Below are positions 27,478-38,940 of a stretch of DNA of 64,000 bases, piece by piece; the first letter of the stretch is position 1, and each line of letters begins with the position of its first letter. Under the pieces are notes generated by a model. It was not told where the DNA came from. It did no database searches and saw only the letters and a program-made list of their open reading frames with translations. This DNA comes from Camelus ferus (taxonomy: Eukaryota), in NCBI RefSeq assembly GCF_009834535.1, contig NC_045696.1:4466001-4530000 (forward strand), given 5' to 3'. Made by a program: the position numbers and the translations under genes.

Positions 27478-28620
27478 CCGTAGTTTAAGAGCCGCCTCGG
27501 AACACCTGCCAGCAGCTGGAAAGACAGCGCCGCTCCTCCACCACATTTATTAGTGGACTCTCAGTCTCCAAGCCTGTTTCCTCCTCGGAAAATGAGCCTC
27601 AGCTGGTAATACCCGCATCACACAACTATCGCGGGGGCGAGGAGCAGCCATGCATGCGAAAGCGCTCTGAAAAGCAGCAAGTGTCGCCGTCAGTGCGGCC
27701 TATTTTGATCACCTATCTTAAAGCTGGCAGGTTTATGAGTGCAATGTAACATTTCTTTACCCTTTTCAAAAATAGATGTAGTCAGCCATGACGTAAGGCT
27801 AGATTCGATATAGGATCTGGAATATAGGTAGGCCGACCAGCCCACGTCTTCATTTTCTGGACTGAATGCCCTCCAGCCCCGCCCTTCCTGCCTCTCTCCT
27901 GCCTCGGACTCCGGATGCTCCGAGGCTCGGCTGCTGCTTTAAGACTGCAGAGCGCCCCGGCGGCCAGAGGCGGGGGAGGGGAGCCCCCGCTCGCCTCCTC
28001 TCCGCTCGCTCCTCGCCCGCCCGCCCGCCTCCCAGGCAGGGAAGGTTAGCGAGGGATCAATGTGATTCGGGCCGCAGGAGAGGAAAGATGAGCCTGCCCG
28101 CCCGCCTGCTGCCTGGATGTGGAGGCTGAGGGCTGGCGCACGGGAGGCCGCTTGCTGCGCATTCGGGGCGCCGGGTGCCCGGGATGAGCTCACGCCCGCG
28201 TCTGCGGCTCTGTCCACCTGCCGACCTGCCGGCGGCCGCCTGAGCTGACGGCGCACCTGGGCTGCAGCCCCGCCGGCCCGCTCTGGCCGCAGCGTTGGGC
28301 GCGGCGCCCGGGAGCAGGTGTGCAGGAGCGCAGCGCGCGGCGAGCGCAGCCCTCGCCCCGGAGCCCGGCCGCGCCGCGTGCCCGGGCGGCTCGGCAGCGG
28401 CGGCGGCGGGCGGGCAGCGGCCCTTGGGCAGGTGGCGAGCGAGCGGAGCCGGGCGGAGCGCGGGGGGCGAGGCCGGCGCGGCAGAGCCTCGCCGGAAGGA
28501 GCCGCCAGCGCCCTGCTGCTGTTGCTCCTTTGTAAACTCTGCTCATGGAAAAGTGTCATACAATGGACATCGAGCTGCTAAACAGGATTTCGGTGATTAA
28601 CCCTCTACCGTGTTGCCAGT
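27478..28620. promoter_or_regulatory. Orphan CpG island containing copy 1
   Basis: CpG enrichment extends about 450 bp left and 130 bp right of the duplicated block. CRE-like TGACGTAA at 27789-27796 and GC box CCCCGCCC at 27877-27884. Confidence 0.75.
27930..28482 (+). repeat. Direct duplicate (copy 1) of DSCAM core promoter/5'UTR
   Basis: Aligns to 58661-59212. 27985-28482 is identical to 58715-59212 (498 bp). The first 55 bp differ by 3 substitutions and 1 indel. Confidence 0.97.
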
Positions 28621-29754
28621 TGATAAATTGCAAACAACTGAGCCATCTTTCCAGCTAGATTGACTAGCAAAGCCACAGCTTAATCTAACTTCCCCTAAAT
28701 GGGCCTTTGATGTTCTCGACACTCTTGCCTCCTACACACATACACACACACACCCCAACCCCCCGGCAACCCACCGTCCACTCCTTCAGAACATTTCAGA
28801 GGAGTCTCGGTTTCCTGCCAGGTTCTTCCTTCTGGCGGGTCATAGTGACAGATTCCAGGCTATGCTAAATCGAGGTGCTCATTTGTATTCTGTTGGAAAA
28901 GCTTAGGGTAGAGCTTGTAAGGGGCCATAGGGTGAGGTCTGCACTTCACGTTGAGCTTAAATTAGGGCCGACAGTCACCCATCGTCACTGTTTTAACCTA
29001 CTTTCTGGTTTTGCCTTTGCAGTTGGTGTGAGAGCTTCAGGGAAGAGGTTTTCCCCCACAGAAAGGAAGTGAAACGGACTATTTCTGGTCATTCTCGCCT
29101 ACGATTGCTCTCATGGAACACAGGAGGCTGGGCGCTCAAGCTCTTTTGTATCTTAATGTTGGGGAAAGGCATCCAGGTGGATCCGTTATTTCAGGTTCTG
29201 GCAGGACGCTACCATTTCGCTCTGCCCCGCTGGCTTGGGTCCCCTCTGTGGACAGTCTTCTCCATCCTCTTTCCCTGCTAATATCTGGGAACAACCCTGA
29301 TGTTCCTGAGTGGCTCACACTGTTCCTGGCTTATGCCTGGGGCAGAGAAGAGAGGCAGGGGTTCATCCTCATCCCAAAATGGGTTCCTCTCTGCCTAAGC
29401 GCTGTCTGGATTAACTTACCTGTACTCCTCCAGTGGACCTGCCCTGTTTTAGAGATGGATAATGATGATAGCTTTGTAATCTGTAGTGTTTTGGTCACTT
29501 TTTGTTGTTTTCCTACTTGAAAACCAGTCATGTTAGCCCTCCAGCCCTGCCTGAGCACCTGCCCTGGGCTGGTACCCTGAAGCTCATTTGATCCACACGT
29601 GGATCTTCAGAGGCAGATAATATTCCCCTGAAGGTACTGGTCCACTGCTGATATGGGTAGGCAACATGCTCAGGTCACCCAACTGCAGATCTGAATATTA
29701 AGAGAGAAGCTTACAGATTAAGCTTCAACAATCATCCCTGATCCTCCTCTGCTG

Positions 29755-30592
29755 CATGTGGGGATATAAAATTGGGCAACCACCTTGGAAAGCAGTCTTG
29801 GAGTTCCCAAAAAAATTTAAAATAGAGTTACTATATAGCCCAGCAGTTCCATTCCTAGGTATATACCCAAGAGGAATGAGAAGAATCTCCATACACAAGC
29901 ATGTACATGAATATTTGTAGCCGAATTTTACATAATGTAGAATAATGCTAAAAGTAGAAACAACTCTGATGTCCATCAACTGATGACTAGCAAAACTAAA
30001 TGTGGAGTATCGATACAGCAGAATATTATTCACGGGGAAGGGTATAGCTCAAGTGGTAGAGCACATGCCTAGCATGTATGAAGTCCTGGGTTCAATCCCC
30101 AGTACCTCCTCTAAGAGTAAATCAATTAACCTAATTACCTGCCCCCCCAAAAAACTGAATAAATAAATGTCACTGTTCAGAATATTATTCACGCATTGAA
30201 AGGACTGAAGTATAACACATGCTACCACCTGGGTGGAAATACTTGAAAATACTGTGCTAGGTGAAAGAAGCCAGTCACAAATGGTCACATGTTGTATGTT
30301 TCCATTTATAAGAAGTGTCTAGAATAGGCAAATCCGAAGAGAAAGCTGGTAGAATGATGCTCGCCTAAGGCTGGAGGTGGGGGATTGGGGGGGGCAATGG
30401 TGTTGGAGGGAAATGGAAAGAGAGCTAGATGGGTGTGACGTTTCTTCCTGGGATGACAAATATCTTCTGAAATTAGATTTGGTGATGGTTGCTCAACTCT
30501 GTGAATATTACCAAACCATTGAAATGTAAAGTTTAAATGGGTCAAATGTAGGATATGTGACTTATCTCTCAATAATGCTGTTATTTAAAAAA
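29755..30592 (+). mobile_element. L1MB-type 3' end (interrupted by SINE)
   Basis: CAGCAGTTCCATTCCTAGGTATATACCCAAGAG..GGTGATGGTTGC..CTCAATAATGCTGTT. Confidence 0.85.
30034..30177 (+). mobile_element. tRNA-derived SINE (Vic-1-like) inserted in an old L1
   Basis: A/B-box head. Perfect flanking direct repeat CAGAATATTATTCAC(G) at 30019 and 30178. Confidence 0.92.
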
Positions 30593-31472
30593 TATCAGCT
30601 CTGTAAGTCATAATCACATAAATGTCAGTGATTTAGATCTGGGGGAGAAGCCCTTGTCCTTACAAGGAAGGAGCAGAAAGAATTTGCCCTTTTGGAATCT
30701 CAGAGCTATTATTATTTTTGTGTATTTAATGTTGCATGGGAATATGGATTTGAAAAATTATAACCATTCTTTCCTGAGTAAAATAGTCGTCTGTATTTAC
30801 ACAAATAGATGGGCAATCATCAATCCACATTATTTGTTCTTTAGTTTGGTTCAGCAAAGAAACAAATAATAATTGCTTTCTGGAGCACCATGGAATAAAA
30901 AACTTCTTATTGTTTAGAAAAATTTTGACCCTCAGAATTTAAATATTATGTAAAACATATTTTCTTCCTTCTATGTCTCAATTCATAGTAATAAAAATAG
31001 AGAATAGCAATAATCTGATATTCCTATAAAGTTATAAATTCTTAGTGACCTTTTAATATCCTAGCTTTTATATACATGTTTAACAATATGTTTGTGAGAC
31101 TAGCATGAGCAGTATTATTCCCATTTTACATGGGTACTTAATATCAAGGATTAGGGAGGTTAGGTGATTTATACCTGATAATACAATTCACTGAGGCAAG
31201 ACTAAAATCCAGGGCCCCACACCTCCTCTTGTATGTATGTACATGTGTATACAGATATTCTTTCTGGGGTGACAAACATCTTCTAAATGTAGAGTTGGTG
31301 ATAGTTGCTCAACTCTGTGAATATTACCAAACCACTAAAATGTAAAGTTTAAATGGATCAAATGTAGCATATGTGAACTCTCTCTCAATAATGCTGTTAT
31401 TTAAAAAGTATCAGTTCTGCAGGTCACAGTCATTTAAATGTAATTGACATTTAAGTGCATATATTTGTATAT

Positions 31473-31504
<32 letters not shown>

Positions 31505-31507
<3 letters not shown>

Positions 31508-31984
31508 GAATACTACTCAGCCATAAAAAAGAATGAAATAAGGCCATCTACATAACATGGATGGACCTAGAGATTATCATACTAAGTGAAGTAAGCCATA
31601 CAGTTACAGTAAGACAAGTATCATATGATATCATTTATATGTGGAACCTAAAAAAAGATACAAATGAACTTATTTACAAAACAGAAAGACTCACATAGAA
31701 AAACTTATGGTTACCAAAGGGGAAAGGGGGGGAGGGAAAAATTGGGAATTTGGGATTAATAGATACACACTATTATATATGAAATAGATTAAAAAAAAAA
31801 CAAGGTCCTGCTGTACAGCACAGGGAACTATATTCAATATCTTGTAATAACCTATAATGGAAAAGAATCTGAAAAAGAATATATAATATGTATATAATTG
31901 TATTTATGTTATATTTATATAACTGAATTACTTTGCTGTACACCTGAAACATTGTAAATCAACTCTACTTCAATTTAAAAAAAG
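31505..31984 (+). mobile_element. L1 3' end preceded by (CA)n
   Basis: Same family as 18671 and 23058. (CA)n at 31476-31505. Confidence 0.88.
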
Positions 31985-33411
31985 AGAGGCCCAGGTTTGA
32001 TTTCAGCTCCATCTCTGCCTGGCATCATCTCAAAGGACTGAACACTTCTGAGTTTTGATTATTTCACCTACAAACAAGAGCTGGGTTGCTGGGGATTTTA
32101 TTTGAGACAGTGCACATGAAGGCACCTTGTTAACTCCTAAGCCAAAATGAGTGTACACAGTGGACATTTTGGTGAGTGAGGTCAGACTGGGTAATTTCCT
32201 TGATTTTAACAATGTGCACAGGCTGGTGCTAGTGGAGACTGTGGGATGGTTGAGGATTAATTCTGATGTCCTCTCCATCACTGCATCAGTGTCCTCTAGG
32301 AACCCTGTGACCCTCCCAGACCTTGCACATCCAACCTTCATCTTTCTGGCTTTGGGAGGAAAGAAGGCATTTACTAATCTACCAAGTTTCAGGCACTGTA
32401 TCAGGAATGTTTATGTTTGTTCACCTGGCTCAGATGTTGATAACAGATATCTAGTAATTTGATAAGGGATTAAGATGGGACCCTGCCTGGAAGTAATAAT
32501 GTTTTAGTGAGAAGTTAAAAGGAATCAAATCTTTCCATTATTTGTTCAACAATCGTTTATTAAACATCTACCAAGTGGCAGTCCTGCCAGCTCCTTTGGG
32601 AAGGCGAAGATAAGACATTCACCCTGGCAGCCTCGTGAGGAGCTCATGTTTCAACGCCAGATCCCGGGTTGAGCATGGGTGTCCAAAGCTGGCCAGCAGG
32701 GTTGACGTCTTGGCTACACCAGGGCCAGTAGCCATGTAACCTTGGCCAGGTTCTGTAACTTCGCCAAGTTTGGGGTTCCAGGTTGGTAAAATGGTGAAAG
32801 GATCCTCTCTCCCTCCTAGGCTGTTGGAAGGACACTTGTAGAGAGCTTCACATGGGAGGGGCAAGGAGAGCTCAGTAAAGACCTGATGTTCTTGAGTGTG
32901 ATTTGGGCACGTGAGCACTTGATGGTCTCCAAAACGTGAGGTGGGTCAACAGCCAGCGGGTGGAACATGTGGGGACCTGGAGAAGGTGCTGGAGCTCAGC
33001 CTGGCAGAGGAGGGGTGACAGCTGAACTGGCTCCAGTAGTTAAGGGTGGGCTCTCTCCAGACAGAGGGATAGGAGGAAATTTTTGGCAGAGGAAACCAGC
33101 ATGACATGTTTGGTGTGTTTCGGAGCTGTGGCTGTCTGGTGGTGCTAGCACCCAGCAGCCTGCACATGAGCTTCATGGGAGAAGATGCGTGTCCAGGCTG
33201 GGATGTGGTTTTCCAGGACCCTCTAGGCTGTGGGAAGGAGCCTGGACTTTATTAATGGGAAATGCATTGAGAGCAGAGTTCCCAAAGTGTGTTCCCAGAA
33301 CACTAATTCTATAGGATGACTTTTAACCTAATAAATGCTGGTTATTAAATTTCTTAAACTACCTAAGTAACACATATGTTTGCAACAAGTGAAATGATGC
33401 CCTAATATGTT

Positions 33412-33597
33412 TTTTTAATTACCATTTTAACTGTTTCTTCTTTAAAATATTTGTTTATTTTTGAATTTTTTTGTAATTTTGGGGGGAGATAATTAGATTT
33501 TATTCATTTATTTTATTTAAGTGGAGGTAGTGGGGATTGAACCCAGGACCTCCTGCATGCTAAGCATGCACTGTATCACTGAGCTATACCCTGCCCC
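33412..33597 (-). mobile_element. tRNA-derived SINE (Vic-1-like)
   Basis: Same head on the minus strand. Degenerate TSD ATGCCCTAATATGTT / ATGCCATAAAATGTT. Confidence 0.88.
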
Positions 33598-36500
33598 AAT
33601 GCCATAAAATGTTAATTATCTCTCCCCTCCCATAGTCCTTCCAGTCCCATCCCAAGGTAACAAACAAGCGTTAGTAGGCTGGCCAGTGTCCGTCTCCACT
33701 CTCTACAAACGTAGACACACACTTAGAGAAACCCTGATGAAAAGGGTGACCCTATCACAGCAGTGACTGGTGGAGGGGCTGATACTCTCAGACAAGGGCT
33801 CTGCCCAAAGGTCCCTCAGATCACACCATCCAGGAGACTGACTTCCCTGAAAGTCAGCCTTTGTGTACATCACCAAGAGATGGGTTCGTGATGGGTGAAA
33901 TGCCTAAACAGTCCCCACTGGACATCTTGGTTACTCTAGAGAGAAGCCTCTCCAGCCAGTATGTTAATGAAGAGATCTGATATCATAGGACCTGAAGGAA
34001 AGGGACAAACAGAGACCACCAATGGCTAAAGCAGCCTGGAGAAAGAGTGCAATGTATCTCTTACTCACAAGAAACCCACCCAAATATTTTTATTTCATCT
34101 AACTTTTAAAATCAGTCCTTCAGAGATCTGGCAGAGTAAGCAAAATATGTCTTATTTGGGCTTTGCTAGTTCTGGATGAATTGTTCCCCATCCTGAGGAA
34201 AGACTCAGGCTGTTAGTGTGACTGGGCTAGGACACAGAAGACTGTGGCCAGCTCAGTCTGGGTGGGTCTGGGAACCATGTCACAGACAAAGGCAGAGGCC
34301 AGCACACGCACTTGCAGGGGTGGAAGCCCTGGACCCAGGTCACACACTCCAAATATGTGTGACCAAAGAGCTTCAAGTGGCATTTGGATATCAAATTTGT
34401 ACAATGCAACGAACCTTTAAAAATCACTTGGATTCTTTTTATTTTATTTGAGATGTTACACAAGAGGTACCCAGGCCACATTTACAATTTGTTCATTTTG
34501 GGAGGAAACATTTGACTTTTAAAGTGAAACTCTATTGCTTGCAAGAACATGTCTAGTCTCACGGCAAAATAGAAGCAAAAGGCCACCCAGTAGTATCCCA
34601 TCCTTACACATCCTGTCCCGCCACCGTGAATCTGAAAGGCCAGGGTTCCTGTTGAGTAGGGAATAGATGTGAAATTCTGTCTCCACTGAGCATTCCCGCT
34701 CCTCCACCCCAGGAGAATCAGATGGCAGGTGCAATGAAGGATCATGTACCAAGGTGTAGGGCACCAATGAGATATGATGACACAACTGAGGAGTGTTCCT
34801 AGCAGAAAGCTTTTCTACATCTAAGAATGAAGGGGCAAGGGGAACAAAAGATATTGTAGGACTCTCGTGATAGTTACAAGAACCATGGAAGACAGGATTG
34901 CACACAGGTTCATGGGGAACAAGCCACTGACAAAACCATGGTGTGGGAGGGAGGGAAGAGGGAAATTTAATCAGACCTCACTCTGCCCTCTGGCGTGTAT
35001 TGGTCATACTCCCTGGAAGCCAGAATCCCAAGGAGCCTGGATGATGCAGTCCATGGAGGTCAGCTGCTTAAAGCACATATGGCAGACAGAATAGGGCAGA
35101 GTAGTGAATGGAGACCAGTCAGTATGCATGATGTCTGTGATATAGTCATCCAGTCTGCATTCTTACTATGTTTTGAAAGTTATAAATAAATATATGTTCA
35201 CCCTGCATTTTTATTCTATTTCTAAGCTTATATCTTTAAGAGCTCATTAGCTATTGTTATGAAACATTTGCTCTCCCATGAAGATCATCATGGCTTCAAG
35301 GTGAAACAAACAAACAAACAAAACATTGTTTCCTAAGCAAAGAGCCTTTATGTGCACTGAGAAATTTTAGTAAATATACCCTGTAACATTCTATCTGCTT
35401 CTGGCTTATGCAGTTTTTAAACAGCTGTATTTAGATGTGATTCCTATATTGTGCAGTTCACCCTAAATTGAACTGAGTTATACACCTATCTAAAGTGTAT
35501 AATTCAATGGTTTTTAGTATATTCACAGAGATGTACACCCATCACCACATTGAATTTTACGACATTTTTGTCACCCTCAGAAGAAACCCTTCACCTATTA
35601 GAAGTCAATTCTCATTCTCCCTTTATAGAACCTCCTCCAGCCCTAGGCAACCACGAATCTATTTTCTCTATGAATTTCCCTAGTCCCTATATTTCATATA
35701 CATGGAATCATACAATATGGAGTTTTGTGACTGACTTCTTTCACAGTGTTTTTAAGATTCATCCATATTAATGATCAATACTTCATTCCTTTTTATTTTG
35801 GAATAATATTTCATTGTATGAATATACCATATTTTATTTATCCATTCATCTGTTGATGTACATTTGAGTTGTTGCCATTTTTTTTTTTGCTTCTATGAAT
35901 AACGCTTCTAAAATATTCATGTACAAGTTTTTATGTGGACACAAGTTTTCATTTCTCTTGGGTAGGTGCCTAGGAGTGAAACTGCTAGGTCAGATGGTAA
36001 CTCTGTTTAACTTTTTAAAGAAACTGACAAGCCATTTTCCAAAGTGGCCATCCCATTTTACATTTCCAGCAACAGTGAATGAGGGTTCAGTTTCTTCAAA
36101 ATCCTTTAGACATTTGTTATCTCTTTTGATATTTAGTGAAAGCAACTTCATTGAGGTTTTGATTTCTTTTCCCCGATGACTAATAATGATGGTGAGTGTT
36201 TTTTCATATTATCATCCACTTGCACATCTTCTTTGGTAGAATGTCTAATTAGATCTCATTATTTTAACTGGAGTATTTATTTTTTAAATCATTGTGCTGT
36301 AAGAGTTCTTTATATGTCCTGGATATAAGTTCCTTATCAGATGTATGATTTGGAAATAAGGGGTATAGTCTCACCTTCCTGATGATTTTGTTTGCAGCAA
36401 AGGAGCTTTTAATTTTGATACAGTCTGATTATGCACTTTTCTTTTGTCAGTTTTGCTTTTGATGGTATATCTAATAAGATTTTGCCTAATGAAGGTTTAC

Positions 36501-36811
36501 AAAGACTTATTCCTCTCTTTTCTTCTAAGAGTTTTGTAGCTGTAGCTCTTACATTTAGGTCTATGATACATTTTAAGATAAGTTTTGTGTGTGGTGTGAG
36601 GAAGGGGTCCAATTTCAGTCTTTTGCATGTAGATGTCCAGTTGTCTCAGCATCGTTTGTTGGAAAGATTATTCTTTTCCCCTTAAATTGTTTTATCACTT
36701 TTGTTGAAAATTAACCCACCTCAAATTAAAGGATTTATTTGTGGACTCTCAAGTCTTTTCCACTGATTCTCAGCCACACTATCTTGATAACTGTAGCTTT
36801 GTAGTAAGGTT

Positions 36812-37005
36812 TTCCCTCCCAGTTTTACTGAGATCTAATTGGCATATAACACTGTATAAGTTTACAGTGTACAACATGATGATTTGATGTATGTACATAT
36901 TGCAGAATGATTACCACAATAAGCGTAGTTAACATCTCTCAACCTCACGTGGCTATCTTTATTTTTTTCCCTTTTGATAAGAACTTTAAAAATCTATTCT
37001 CTTCT
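36812..37005 (-). mobile_element. Nested short L1 (L1MA9-like) 3' end
   Basis: TTTTACTGAGAT..TTGGCATATAACACTGTATAAGTTTA..., flanked by TAGTAAG(G)TT repeats at 36802 and 37006. Confidence 0.75.
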
Positions 37006-37203
37006 TAGTAAGTTATGTAATCAGGAAGTATGAGTCCTCCAACTTCATTCTTTCTTTTCAGTATTGTTTTTACTATTCTGTTCCTTTTCATTTGCTTATA
37101 AATTTTAGGGCTAATTTCTCCATTTCTGCAAAAGAGCCATCCAATATTTTGATAGGGATTGCACTGAATCTGTAGGTCAGTTTGAGGAGTATTGTCATCT
37201 TAA

Positions 37204-38940
37204 TATACATTGGGGGAAAAGCAGCCTCTTTAACACATGGTGTTGGGAAAACTGGACGAAAAAGAATCAAACTGGACTACTTTCTCACACCATATACAAA
37301 AATAAACTCAAAATGGATTAAAGACTCAAATGTAAGACTTAAAACCATAAAATTTCTAGAAGAAAACAAAGGCAGTATGCTCTTTGACATTGGTCTTAGC
37401 AAGATTTTTTTGGTATGTCTCCTCAGGCAAGGGGAAAAAAAGAAAAACAAACAAATTAAAAAGCTTTTACATAGTGAAGGAGACTATCAACAAGATGAAA
37501 AGATTGCCTACAAAATGGGGCAAGTTATTTGCCAATGATATACCCAATAAGGGGTTAATATCCTAAAATATTATACTTATACAACTTATACAACTCAACA
37601 ACAAAAAAATAAACCACCCGATTGAAAAACGGGGAGAGGATCTGAATACACATTTTTCCAAAGACATACAGATGGCCAGCAGGCACATGAAAAGATGTTC
37701 AGACATCACTAATCATCAGGAAAATGCAAATCAAAACCGCAATGAGATATTACCTCACACTTGTCAGAATGGCTGTTACAAAAAAGACAAGAAATAACAA
37801 AAGTTGGTGAGGATGTGGAGAAAAGGAAACCATCATGAAAATGTAAATTGATGCAGCCAGTATGGAAAATAATAAGGAGGTTCCTTAAAAAATTAAAAAT
37901 AGAACTACCATATAATCTAGTAATTCCACTCCTGGGTATTTATCCAAAAATAAACAAAAACATTAATTTGAAAAGATATATATATATATCCCTATGTTCA
38001 TTGCAGCATTATTAACAATAGCCAAGATATGGAAGCAACCTAAATGCACAACAACAGATGAACCGATAAAGATGTGTGTATCTATACAATAGTATTTTAC
38101 CCAGCCACAAAAAAGAATGCAATTTTGCCATTTGCAACAACATGGATGGACCTAGAGTGTATTATGCTAAGTGAAATAAATCAGACAGAGAAAGACAAAT
38201 ACTGTGTAATTTCACTTATATGTGGAATGTAAAAAATACAAGTGAGCAAACAAAAAGAGAAACAGAGTTATAGATACAGAGAACAAATGAGTGGTTGCCA
38301 GAAGGAAAGGAGGAAAGATGAGAGTTAATAGGGAAGGGAGATTAAGAGGTACAAATTTACAGTTGCAAAATAAATGAATCATGAGTATGAAATATACAGC
38401 ATGGGGAATATAGTCAATAATAATATCTTTATATGATGACAGATGATAACTAAACTTATCATAGTGGTTATTTTAAAATATGTAGAAACAGTAACACACT
38501 ACGTTGTGCACCAGGAATTCACATGTAGTTGTAGGTCAATTATACTTCAGAAACAAACTCATAGAGAAAGAGGTCAGATTTCTGGTTACCAGAAGGGGAG
38601 GAGGGGAGAGGGCGAATTGGATGAGGGTGGTCAAAAGGTACAAACTTTCAGCTATAAGATAAATAAGTAGAAGGGATGTGATGTCCAACATGATAAATAT
38701 AATTAACACTGCTCTATGTTATATGCGAAAAATTTTAAGGGAGTAAATCCTTGTATTTCTCATCATAAGGAAAAACATTTTCTTTTTCTTTTATTTTGTA
38801 CAATATATCCAATGATGAATTTTCACTAAACTTATCGTGGTAATCATTTTATGATGCATGTAAGTTAAATTATTATGCTGTACACCTTACACTTGTACAG
38901 TGCTCTATGTCAATTATATCTCAATAAAACTGGAAGGGAA
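37204..38940 (+). mobile_element. Nested sense-strand L1 (ORF2 C-terminus plus 3'UTR)
   Basis: [32 protein letters not shown] remnant. Ends GTCAATTATATCTCAATAAAACTGGAAG. Confidence 0.9.

Noticed and set aside
27930..28482. Processed DSCAM pseudogene interpretation of copy 1
   Set aside because: It contains only promoter/5'UTR sequence, with no coding exon, poly-A or TSD. Retrocopies are normally 3'-anchored.
37182..37538. ORFs with L1 ORF1/ORF2 similarity (also 36409, 39507, 42051)
   Set aside because: Frameshifted fragments of dead L1 copies, not genes.
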